A DNA stretch of 64,000 nt from Podarcis liolepis (lineage: Eukaryota), in the NCBI GenBank assembly GCA_965112155.1, contig OZ218099.1; one strand, written 5' to 3'. The notes beneath the pieces are model-generated. The model was not told the origin of the DNA. It worked only from the letters and a program-made list of their open reading frames with translations, and did not search any database. Below are positions 1 through 11,590 of the stretch, piece after piece. The translations under genes and the position numbers were made by a program. Position 1 is the first letter of the stretch, and the number at the start of each line of letters is the position of its first letter.

Positions 1-650
1 CCACTGGAGCTCTAAATCACATTTTGACTAATAAGCTCCCTGACAAGTTGCTAACACCAACAGAAGATAAATGACATTTTAAGCAGTAACTTTTCCTTGG
101 TGATCTGAGCATGACTTTGTTTTATGAGTGGTGAAGCATTCTTGTGTTTGTTACATCCTTTGTATTCCTGTCTGCCATGTAACTAAAAGTTATTAAGCCA
201 ATGTTGATGCCACTGAATACATTTTTAAATTTAAAAAAATGAATTATATCCTTTAGAAAAAAATATTATAAGGTGGTTTACAATAATATGTAAATTAAAC
301 AAATTTCTGATGATTATGGCTTATCAGTGGCACACCCTGCCCAACCTTTTTCCATCACTTGTAAACTTATCTTTCCCTTCATTCCTCTAAACAGAGCCCT
401 GTAGTAGAAGAGACCTTCAGGTACACAAAAACACTAAAAAATTTAGTCCAGTATGTTTTGAACAGAAGTCTTTCTCAAAGGCACTCTTGAACAACCAGTT
501 TCAATCTGGTGTCTGCATACTGTTGATAAAATTTTAGGTTTTCCTTCCCTCTTTATCCCTAGACTGGCACCCTGTCCATTACACTGTACTAACTAATGTA
601 CTACTCAAAATTCTGTTGCTGAATATAACATTTTATTTTATTCTTTTCAG

Positions 651-721
651 GAATTAAATACTATCTACTACTATCTTCATGGAATGGACATACTGTCTCA
701 TCTCAGGGAGCATCAGTTAAG
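651..721 (+). CDS. RAPGEF6: RAPGEF6 exon 2 (71 nt, ELNTIYYYLHGMDILSHLREHQLR)
   Basis: ttttcag| acceptor and |gtaaga donor; matches recalled human RAPGEF6 DLNTIYSYLHGMEILSNLREHQLR; phase 0 to 2. Confidence 0.95.
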
Positions 722-1193
722 GTAAGAGCAGCTGGGCTAATGCAAAAGTGATTTTGGCTGTGCTGGTGAGAGCATTCTTTGCATTCAGGCTTGCAATACT
801 TGACTGTTTTGAGGTAAGATTAATCTTTCTGATTTTGTAAGTAAGAAAGCATGTATGCTCTGTTTTCTGCATGGAACCTTTTGTATGATGCATTATGAAA
901 TATAGTCTGACATGTTGTTAAAGTAAAAGACTACAAATCGTAATGTGAAAATGATAATCACAATTTGTCCAGGGGTTCTAAATATTGTATTCATTCTTGG
1001 GGGATCTGGGTTTAAATCTCAGCACACCGAATTCTCTTAGCTTTAATTCCTCAATGATAAAGCAGGAATATTAATTTATTACCTTCTTGAGCACTGGTAT
1101 TGCATAGAGGAGAACTGTATACAATTAATAGTGCACAATTATCCAAAATATGATAAGCATGCTTCATAATGATACTGAATTTCTTTTTCTCAG

Positions 1194-1250
1194 AATTATG
1201 ACTTCCAGTGCACGTTACAAAAGGTACGATGGAAATCAAGTTTTGTTTTG
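1194..1250 (+). CDS. RAPGEF6: RAPGEF6 exon 3 (57 nt, IMTSSARYKRYDGNQVLFC)
   Basis: ttctcag| and |gtaagt; similar to human LMSARARYERYSGNQVLFC; phase 2 to 2. Confidence 0.93.
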
Positions 1251-1882
1251 GTAAGTGCACTTCACCATTACCTAAACTGAAAATTTAATACATCTAGGGC
1301 AGTTCAACATTTATTTAATTTCCTTAACACAGCTCATAAAACACATTCTTGTGCAATAGTCCCATATTTTTGCTGTGTACTCTATATGGTTTTGGCGTAA
1401 GTCATATGAAAACATTTCAGTACATCATATGTGCAGACTTAGGGCATGAGATTTCAAGAGATTGCAATTGGCTCGATGGAGCCCTGTCTTTTCCTCTCCA
1501 TTTATCTCTGATCATGGATGTGTACACAGACAAAGCCATTAAAGGAAAAAGGAGGTGTGAGAGCACCTTGTGTTTCCACTCCACTCCTTTCTGCTTCATG
1601 CTTAGATAAAAGCAAGGTTGGTAGAAAGCTGTCTAGGGCTATGCTTCCTAGTAACACATACTTGCTAATAACACATATGTTCCCTTCTGCTGCTGGTGGT
1701 GGGGGGTGGGGGTGGGATGTGGTAGGGAAAAACAGGAGTGTACTGAGATTATGGAATTCTTCACACAGATGCTGTGCCTTCAGTCGACTGGACCATGTCC
1801 TATTTGATAGTCATTTAGTAAATTATAAATAGTAATACTCAACATTTATGTAGCACTTTCAAGTTTACATATAGAGTGGTAC

Positions 1883-2128
1883 AGTTGGCCTTGGTGAAGA
1901 TTTGATGTTTTCATCCCCCAAAAGTTTTTGAGTTGAGTTTCCACTGAAATGAGGCTGCATTTTAATGTTGTACTTTAATCTTGTTTCTAAGTTGTATTTT
2001 AATCAATTGTTTTTATACTTTTTGTTAGCCTCCCTGAGCCCGGTCTTGGCTGGGGAGGGCAGGGTATAAATAAAAATTATTATTATTATTATTATTATTA
2101 CTACTACTACTACTACTATTACTATTAT
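1883..2128 (+). mobile_element. 3' end of an L2-like LINE with (TTA/CTA)n tail
   Basis: gttagcctccctgagccc...ggggagggcagggtataaataaaa followed by a microsatellite tail. Confidence 0.6.
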
Positions 2129-2348
2129 TACCTCAGGTTACAGACACTTCAGGTTACAAACTCTGCTAACCCAGAAATTGTACCTTGAGTTAAGAACTTT
2201 GCTTCAGGATGAGAACAGAAATCGTGTGGCAACGGTGTGGCAGCAGCGGGAGGCCCCATTAGCTAAAGTGGTGCTTCAGGTTAAGAACAGTTTCAGGTTA
2301 AGAACGGACCTCCAGAACGAATTGAGTTCTTAACCTGAGGTACCACTG
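2129..2348 (-). mobile_element. Tc1/mariner-type MITE (CAGTGGTACCTC TIR family), left TIR interrupted
   Basis: Right TIR gaggtaccactg followed by TA; body matches copies at 13597, 41194, 45573 and 54253 (strand given relative to the 13597 copy). Confidence 0.85.
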
Positions 2349-2939
2349 TACTTTCAATGCATTATAATCCTTACAGCAAACCTGTAAGCTAAATCAGAAG
2401 TGTTATCCCCCATATTTCAAATTCTGAGGCCTAGAGGCTTAGAGGGAGTGGCTTGTCTAATGCTGCCTATTGATTTAATAGCAGATACAACATCTGAACC
2501 AGACACTTCTGATTCATACTTGGTTTTGTAGCCACTTTGCTACACCACCTTTCTACCCTTTCTTTAAGAGCTGACCGGAAGACCCAACTGTTACCTTAGC
2601 TCTCACCAGAAGGTTCAGAACCAAATCCTTTTTATTTGTATACTGTTTCTTTGGCTCAAGCAAGTTACAAATTCAAAGGAATTACACTACTCTCAAAATT
2701 ATTTACCTTCTGTGACTTGTCCCCAAAAAGAAACTGACACCTTGGGACAGAGCTCCCATGTTTAAAGAGCTTCACCACTTGTTATATATTTGAGAGGCTC
2801 TCCTTTTCATGTTTGAAATTTGCCCTGATAGGGCAGTAAATGGCGAAAGACATGCTTTTAAAGCTTTGATTATATGTTTTAGATATATAGTGCACTTCAC
2901 ACTGATAGGATGTAGCTAATACTTGTTCCTTTTCTTTAG

Positions 2940-3023
2940 CTCAGACACTATTGCAAGATGCTGGTATATTCTTCTTTCTGGATCTGTGCTTATGAAGGAC
3001 TCCATGTTTTTGCCACCTTGCAG
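2940..3023 (+). CDS. RAPGEF6: RAPGEF6 exon 4 (84 nt, SDTIARCWYILLSGSVLMKDSMFLPPCS)
   Basis: tctttag| and |gtatgt; human SETIARCWYILLSGSVLVKGSMVLPPCS. Confidence 0.96.
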
Positions 3024-3670
3024 GTATGTAAGAAGTTAGCATCTTCTTTAGTACAGGGGGGAAACCCATAAAACTGGATGCCTAGTTAAATACATACTTT
3101 ATAACACTAGATTTTCAAGTATGTAGTACCTAATTTTGATAAGCTATATGGTAAATCTTTCATTCTCCTGTTCAGATATTGTTTCTGAACTTGGATAATT
3201 GGCATAAACTCTTCATTTTCCTCCAGTTTCTCTTCCTGCTTGGTCCATCCATCTTTAAATTTTCCCCAAGGATAACTGCCAAGAGTACTCATTGTTAACT
3301 CCTTTTCTGCCTTTAAAGTCAGACATGGGGAGTCTGAATGGGAGCTAGCATTTGTTACCAGCAAGCTCTGTGCATGGCTCCCTGTTTCCTTTGTGTTAAA
3401 GGTAAGCATAAATCCCTTGCATAGTTTGACATGTTAGCCGCCATTCATGCCTTTTTCTCTTGAGCAGTGTGTATGGCACTTACTCTGCCTGAGTAGAAAA
3501 TGTAAAGCAGGGCTCCTAGTTTATAGCCCACCCACCCACCAGTCCTATAATGTCTTAGACAAGATGAATGAATACACATTCAAAATAATTGATTTAGGTT
3601 TCCTTGATAGCATTAATCTTTGGAAGTGATAATTGTGTTTGCTTATGAACATTGAAGTAAATGATTATTA

Positions 3671-4030
3671 AAGGTAAAGGTAAAGGTACCCCTGCCCGTA
3701 CGGGCCAGTCGTGTCCGACTCTGGGGTTGCGCGCCCATCTCGCTTAAGAGCCCGGGGGCAGCGCTGTCCGAAGACACTTCCGGGTCACGTGGCCAGCGTG
3801 ACAAGGTGCATCTGGCGAGCCAGCGCAGCACACGGAAACGCCGTTTACCTTCCCGCTAGTAAGCGGTCCCTATTTATCTACTTGCACCCGGGGGTGCTTT
3901 CGAACTGCTAGGTTGGCAGGCGCTGGGACCGAGCAACGGGAGCACACCCCGCCGCGGGGATTCGAACCGCCAACCTGACGATCGGCAAGTCCTAGGCACT
4001 GAGGTTTTACCCACAGCGCCACCCGCGTCC
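3671..4030 (-). mobile_element. Full-length young Sauria SINE
   Basis: (ACCTTT)n tail, tRNA-derived head with B box, CpG-rich, perfect 13-bp TSD taaatgattatta (3658-3670 and 4031-4043). Confidence 0.95.
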
Positions 4031-4379
4031 TAAATGATTATTAGCTTCTGCCTATTAGGGAATATGAATTTATCTTGCCTATATAGCATGAATTGCACCA
4101 CATTTTTTATCCTTTATCACAAGGCAGATAGTAGTAGAGCTGTTCTGATGCAGTAGCACCCAGGCTGGGTTGAACTGTCCACAAGAGTTTTTCAGGTAGC
4201 TGCTTTTTGTAGCAATTAAATTATTGCATAAAAATTCATTGAGTCAGCAAACCAGATTGCATCATCTTAAAATTCTAAATAGAGTGAACAAAAACACAGT
4301 ATAGCATGTGCCTCAAACTGGGTTATACCTCCCAGCTGCCTTTTTGCTCCCCAGCTGTTCTAGATGGGGCATTACAAAA

Positions 4380-5010
4380 AGAGGTGCCCCTTCAGCTAAC
4401 AGTTTCTCAAGCTCTTTAAGGCTTTATATTAAACTAACACCTTGAAATTTGGCTCAGTGATGTACTGACAGATCTTTAAAAGCTAGTGGCACATGATTGT
4501 GTGCACAAAAGCCTATCGACACTCTGGTTGCTGCATTTTGTCCCTGGTGCACTTTTTGAACAGTCTTCAAGAGCAGACCCAGGCAGAGTGAATTGCAGTA
4601 GTCTAGCCATGAGATTATTAGAGCACGGATAACCATGACTTGGCTTGGTCCAGGAATGGTGGTAGATAGCAAACCATCTGTTGCTGAAAAAAGGCTCTCC
4701 ACATCATCCATGCCACTTTGGCCTTAAGTGACAGAATACCACATTCTGTATACTTTGACCCACTGTCTCTCAGAAACTAGCCCTGTAGATAGGAGTGAAA
4801 CCACCAAAATCACGCCCTCAACTCCTAAACCACAGGGCCTGCCCATATCATGGCTGATGAAATGAAAAGCTGCCAAGGAAGCAAGGAGAAGCAAAAGGGT
4901 TGCACATAGGTAAATGAAAGCAATTACAGTACTAAAATAAGGCCTGAAGCCCAATTGAAACGGGTCAAGATAATCAGCTTCCACCAAGCACTCTTAATTG
5001 CATGGCCACC
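4380..5010 (-). mobile_element. Degraded L2-clade LINE ORF2 fragment
   Basis: Minus-strand remnants LDPFQxGFRP and LDYCNSL..GL...QNAAxR; boundaries approximate. Confidence 0.75.
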
Positions 5011-5266
5011 ACTCTCTGTAATTATTCTCTGTAATAATTATTCTCTGTGAGGGTTCTCTTACTGGCCAGTCTTCTGGGTCCAGCATGTCCTTCAATGTAG
5101 CTGATACCACTTCCTCCCACAGTGAAGAATTAACTCTCCTTGGACTCACCCAGCCAGTCTTCTGCTAGATGCACAAACCAAGAAGGGCAAGGGGTTGAGA
5201 TCACAGGTGAACGCTTTCAGGCATTTTGTCTACATTTTGGTGCCTCTGCTCACCCAAAAGAGGCCA

Positions 5267-5345
5267 GATAAGAACATAAGAACAGTCTGCTGGATCAGGC
5301 CAGTGGCTCATCCAGTTCAGCATCCTGTTCTCACAGTGGCCAACC
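5267..5345 (-). mobile_element. CR1-type 3' end fragment
   Basis: ataagaacataagaa...ctgctggatcaggcc...catcctgttctcacagtggcca; related to 21290-21437, 35780-36245 and 43075-43340. Confidence 0.65.
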
Positions 5346-6598
5346 CTCCAGACTGAGCAGGATTCAATGCAGCATTCAGAGCTGCGGTTGGAAAGGAAAA
5401 TGAGAAAAACTCACTGTACCGTAAGTTATTTCCAGTTTTATATAGGGCTCTTTGGATCCTGGCATTTGCTTCTGTAGCAGATAATAGATATTGCTGCTCC
5501 TAGACCTAGAGTGAAACTTGCCTTACATTTAATGGGTGACTGTACTGAGGAAGGTTATTCTTTGAAGAAACCCAATAAAGATACCTAACAGATGGTTCTT
5601 GGAATTGCGGTGTGAAAAGGAAGTGGGTCGGTTCATTTTCAACCAGACTGTACTTGAACATAATAGTTTTAAGGAGCTATCGTGGCAAGGGCAGCACTGT
5701 ATACTTGAGCAAAGGTTGTTCATTGATACCTAAAATTCTTAGTATCCTGGATTTGTTGAATTTGTTCTGTGGTGTTTGTATTGTTCTTTCTTTTGACACA
5801 TCTATCTGAACATAAAATAAGTGTGTTCATACAAACCTAGCTTGTGGTGGAATAGTGTTTACTTTTAACACTTCAGTATACTGTGTGGCAAGCATTGAAG
5901 AATTTATTCATAGTATGTTCATGTAAGCACGTTTTCTACTTTATTATGCTAAATAGCCAACACTACTAAATGAGATGCTGCTGTTGCCATTTGTTGCCAG
6001 CATGACAGCTTCACCCATAATTGTGGGAGCATTTCAGATATATCCTATGTATTCTTTTCTGCACTAGTTCTTTTCCTGTAAAGGAGTTGCATAAGTATCT
6101 TCCCACTTTATCTGGAAGCTTTTAGTGAAGCATAATTTCCCCCCACGTGTGTAGGTGTTCACTTTCAGGCAAATGTACCTTAGAGCCTGGATTTTTGCTA
6201 AAGTGGAGGATACCCATTTTCTTGTGTTCTTTTCTTTAATAGCACTTTCCCCCATTTCATTTTGAACATTGTTTACAGACTTTCTAGTTCTGTAAATAAT
6301 GTGATGCTTTTATCTCACTGATTGCCACTAAATGTGGAGAAATAAAAGTTTTTATATTTCACTCCAGGGACACCGCATGTGAAGTATGCCGCTAACCTAT
6401 TGATTACGTGGTTCTGATATCCCTTTATAATTCCACTATCACTATAAAACTTAAATAAAACTTTTCTCTTGGTGTTCTAGTATAGTAGCAGGGCAGGATA
6501 TTGGGCTTCAGGCATTGGATAAACAGGCAGATCCATATTTAAAAGATAAAAAACAAATGTATTAATATTAGATTCGATATATGGCTATGTTCCAACAG

Positions 6599-6733
6599 TT
6601 ACATTAAATGTGTACTGTAACTTTAAGGATGTTAGGTCCATAACTAAGGCTGCAGTCCAAAACCTTTACATTAAATGTGTACTGTAACTTTAAGGATGTT
6701 AGGTCCATAACTAAGGCTGCAGTCCAAAACCTT
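6599..6733. repeat. Perfect 2 x 67-bp tandem duplication
   Basis: acattaaatgtgtactg...gtccaaaacctt starts at 6601 and again at 6668. Confidence 0.95.
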
Positions 6734-9005
6734 GGCCAGCAATGATGGCATTTGCAGCAAACAGGGTGTGGGGTGCAGAGGAAAAAAATTGGTCTTTGCT
6801 GTAGGCAGGGATAGAGTTCTCTGCAATATTCACTGGACAGCTTAGAAAATTTCAGACAGGTTTAGTCCAGTGCCATAGCATGGGGGGCTTGGGGAGCCAT
6901 GGCCCATGGCATGTATTTTTGAGGGGGTGTGATCAGGTGCCCCCACAATGGGCTCACTCATCAGAGCCTGGTCCTGGCGTACAAGAGAGCTGCAGGGACA
7001 ATTTCCTCATGCAACAGTCCAACGCCACCAGCTGCAGCTCCACTCCCAGGTCAAGCCTGACCCAGGGGCAGAGAGAGGCTGCGGAGCACGAGGCACCTGG
7101 CTGTGGCAGGCCCCATCCTTCTCGAGGGTGTGCCCCATGCACCCGCCTTGGGCACCGTTAGCTTACTCCCTGCCACCGGTTCAGACTCGAGGAAGGCTTG
7201 GCAATTCCCTAAGGAGGATTTGGAGCACCTTTCCTCCCCAATGCTGTCCCTAGCTATTTTAGTTAAGGTCACTCGTAAGTGGTGCAACAACCTCCTCCAG
7301 TGGATCAGAGCCTACCCCCGAGTTGGGAGCTCTGTTATTTGATCCTCGGATCTGCACTTTTTTAACCAGGATAAAATAGTGCTTAGAACTGATGCATCAT
7401 TCTTGCTCAAGGTAAACTTGGTTTTTTGCAAAAGGAGGTATGTGTGCACAAATGGAGGGCACTCCATATTTTTATTTGGATAGGGTTGTGTCTGTAAGGA
7501 ATTTGGATGCCTGCTTTATATGATTTTGGGAGAAGATCTTTAGTGAGAAGGTGACAGCATCCACACTGTCTTAGTGGCTGAGGAGGTATGTAGTTCTTGT
7601 GTATCAGTCTCTTGAAAATCTCCTTGGGCCCATTTGGGGGTAGCATTGGTTTTTATATACAAAGGTCTTGGAATGTTCTCTGGGAGACACAGGAAAAAGG
7701 GATGTTCCAATCGGCAGGCGTGAAAAAGCCATTGCACACAGTTGCTTTTCAACTTCAATTTCTCTCTGTCTTATAATGAGTTTCCTTATTGGTCCAAAAA
7801 TTCTGAGGTAGTAATTCTTTCCATGTGTGTTTGTTCTTCAAATAGAACAGAGATGCTTGGTTTTTTTTCTTGTGAATCTCTCAGTAGTAAATTAAATATT
7901 TAGTATTTCATATTTACTATAAATAGTCACGTCTTCTTCTTCTTCTTTTTTTACACACCCAGCCACCTCACAAATGGTAATTGTTGAAATGAGGGAGCAA
8001 GGAATTATTTGTTGGAAATGTCTGGTTTGCTTGAAGAGTGTGTTTTCATTTTTTGAGGAAAGTTATGATATCTAATGTATATCTTGTGGATTTCACATTT
8101 TCATATGGGAATGCAGGCATTAGTCTGGGAGTTAGGAAATCATATGCAGGAATGCTTCCTTGTGGCATTCACAGTCCTACTGAAAATACTGCACCCAGCA
8201 GAATCACATTCATAAGGGAAAGCTGAATGTGGGAAAATGTAGGATTAGCAGTCTGAGACCTGCCAAAGGTGCTTATCAGTTTTATTTCCCAATCCATTAA
8301 TCAGCTAAGTTAGAATGCTGTGTTCTGAATTTATTTGCGTATTCCAGTTTATACGGTTTGTGAAATTGGCTGGGAATCGTTTCTATTGTATATTGTTTTA
8401 CTATTGGAGTAGCAGATTATAAATGAAAAATGATGTGGTTTTATTAAATTATGTGGTTCAGAAGGACTTCCTGATCGTTTTCTATTGTAGCTTGGCATTT
8501 TTTTTAAAAAAAAACCTTGAGTTTTGTAATTCTGGCATGAGTACTTGTATTCTGGGATATACAAATATAGAAGGAATAGCTGTTGCATAACAATGCATGG
8601 CAGGAACTGGAGTTTTAGTGAGAAGATGAATGTAATCTGAGTAATAAACATTTTGTGAATTCCTTCTCAGTGATTTAACTGCATGTAGTGGATTCAATTG
8701 TTCTCTGGTGCTTTTTGGTGCTTTTTTCTTGTTTTTATCTGTTATTTAAAGCAAATTTAATGTTGTTTAATTGAAATAAATTACAGCTTTTATTATTTTG
8801 TTCCAGGCAACCGCTAAGTCAAAAGATAAAACTGTAGTTGTTAATAGAATTGCTGAGCATTACTCTGTGCTCGTAGCTTAGAAGTCCACAGAACTCCCAA
8901 CCTGCTGTTTGAGACATTCTAAGTTCACAAAGATTGTGATGAAGCACATACCAGTTTTTCCCTTTAAAAATGAGTCCTATAGACAAAAGTTTCTTTTTAT
9001 ATACT

Positions 9006-9218
9006 TACAGATAGGTAGCCGTGTTGGTCTGCCATAGTCAAAATAAAAAAATTCCTTCCAGTAGCACCTTAAAGACCAACTAAGTTAGTTCTTGGTATGA
9101 GCTTTTGTGTGCATGCACACTTCTTCAGATACACAGAATATCTGAATATCTGAATATCTGTGTATCTGAAGAAGTGTGCATGCACACAAAAGCTCATACC
9201 AAGAACTAACTTTTTTAA
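9006..9218. mobile_element. Penelope-like element remnant with inverted pseudo-LTR segment
   Basis: Same sequence as the start of the 36710 copy; 12-bp TSD tttttatatact (8994-9005 and 9219-9230); 56-bp perfect inverted repeat 9082-9137 / 9157-9212. Confidence 0.8.
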
Positions 9219-10863
9219 TTTTTATATACTGTACTGGTTTGAATTGTCCGGCCATGCCATTGGATTCAGGTATCTTGTAGTATTTTAAGAGTCCAATATA
9301 ATCCTTCTGTGCTGGTTGTGACAAGAAATATGCTTTTGAAAACCAATCTTGTCAAAAGAACTGGAGTGCCTCTGTTAATATTATTTATACTGTATAGGAA
9401 CAACAAAAAATCGATTGGCTCTCTAAGTCAAAATAAACAAAATTAAAAACATACAAACAACAAAAACTGCCATAAGATGAAATGCATCATTAAAACAGAA
9501 TAATATAATATCAGGAATGAACAGAGAATCTAAAATTAAGAATTGGTGAAACTAAAGCAGTTATGTTTAGCAATATTTTAAAGGCTGCTTCAGACTGTTC
9601 AGTCTCTGTAGAGCCTCACCACATGTTTGATGCTCCACACTCAACTTGTAGTTGCTTGACTTCATGGAGGCTCACTGAGAGTGGAGTGCTTCAGCTAAGT
9701 TCCTTCCCTTGCCTCTTTTACCCTGTCATTGAGATACATTGTCATTTTTTGCCACCATTTACCACACTTCCTAAGACTACGTTCCTGTGAAAGGTAGTTC
9801 AGGCACAGAAAGCTGCCTTATATAGTGAAGACAGATGTAAATAATTCATTTTCTGCAATCTCGCTTTGACTTCCTTGCCATCCAGTGGTCCTGTTGACTC
9901 TCTTAGTTGATTTCCCAAACCTAAATCTACATGGAAATGTAGGATGTGATCTACTAAGTGCTGATTTTATGGAACTTCCTTATGGGCATTACTTGTAGAT
10001 CTCCTATATTTGTCACTTATGTGAAGCCTAAGCCTTTTGAAGGGGTAAATAATGGAATATGGAGGCTTTTGTCTTTTGCTTCTTGTGGGAACAGTAAAAT
10101 GTTTGCGCTATAGATAGATACTGCAGTTTTTCTTCAAGGTCATAAAAATTATAATAACTCTCAGGTATGAAACCTTTTCTGCAATCTAATAATGAAAGGC
10201 CTAAAAAAAGAGAGATTTCTTAAGATCTATGTAGCACCACAGAGACTGGGGATAAGAAACAGATTTCCTCAAGCACAAGAAAAGGAACTTTTAAGTTGGC
10301 AGGGCATGGAGGGCAGCAGGGAAAGAAAAAATGTTTAAGCTTAACAAATACATCCTGCTTAGTGTGTCAGCATGCATGCAATATTTTTTCTTCCACATAC
10401 ATATGCGTGAGCATTTCTCTTGAAGTAGAAGAAAGGTTAAAGCGTCAGGGGAACAGAGCACAATAATGCACTGAAGCAAGAGCATGTACTAATTGAAAAA
10501 GGTTCTATGATAATAGAAAGCTTTGCTCATGTTAGTATAGTAACTTTTTGATGCCTTAGCAGATTGCTCCCAATGATCATTTTTTTAATTGCAAACACCA
10601 GACTGAGCTGTAATATTCAAACAAGAAGGCACTGATTTTTTTTGAAGGTTGAAGTTGTACAGTAGAGCTGAGGATGCTATCTCTGGGTCAGTATTGTCTA
10701 CACTGACTGACAGGGACCTTCAGTGGGTTCAGTTGAGGTTTTTGTCATCCATACTGCAGTTAGATGATTGTTGGAGTATTTCCAATGAAATTAATGGACT
10801 CAAGTTACTTGTCCACTGATGTCATTGGGTCTACTCAGAGTATGACTATCATTGAACATTCTA

Positions 10864-11142
10864 CAGTGGTGCCTCGCAAGATGAAATTAATCCGTTCCGT
10901 GAGTCTCTTCGTCTTGCGGTTTTTTCGTCTTGCGAAGCACGGCTATTAGCGGCTTAGTGGCTATTAGCGGCTTAGTGGCTTTAAGAAAAAGGAAACAAAC
11001 TCACAAGAACTCGCAAGACGTTTCGTCTTGCGAAGCAAGCCCATAGGGAAATTCGTCTTGTGGAACGACTCAAAAAACGGAAAACTCTTTCGTTTTGAGC
11101 GTTTTTTGTCTTGCGAGGCATTCGTCTAGCGAGGTACCGCTG
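10864..11142. mobile_element. Tc1/mariner-type MITE (second family)
   Basis: TA|cagtggtgcctcgc ... gcgaggtaccgctg|TA; CpG-rich; internal 18-bp tandem repeat. Confidence 0.85.
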
Positions 11143-11339
11143 TATATGTACCAGCCCTCGTTGCAACACTTTTAATGCAAACCCCTCACAAGTAGATGAT
11201 AAAATGTTTTAATAACCGTTAATGTCATATATATTACTATTTCTGATAATTTCAGAAAATATGCTTCTAGAATATATATCCTATTATTTGATTCATTAAA
11301 TCTGTACATCATCCAATTTGAAACATATTTCTTGTTTAG

Positions 11340-11590
11340 TCCAGTATGAGACAAAACTTTAACAAGGCTGCCTTTTCAGTGGTAGCCCCTGAGCTATGGC
11401 ACACCCCCCCCCCACAATATTATATAGGTTTTAACAGCAAGTCAAGACTCTTTGCACTAGTTTTTGGTGAGATGGGGCATTTTTACTTATCCCACTTGTT
11501 GCTGCTTATGTGGGCTGCTGCTTTGCTATATTTTACTGTGGTTTTTAAGTATTGCATTTTATATACTGCAAAATTTTTGCAAACCTGAAT
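11340..11590 (+). mobile_element. Old L2 3' fragment
   Basis: AFSVVAPELWH motif of the L2 ORF2 C-terminus. Confidence 0.55.

Noticed and set aside
6865-7350. GC-rich patch with overlapping ORFs
   Set aside because: Probably a degraded transposon; I could not define TIRs, a TSD or splice-compatible coding homology.
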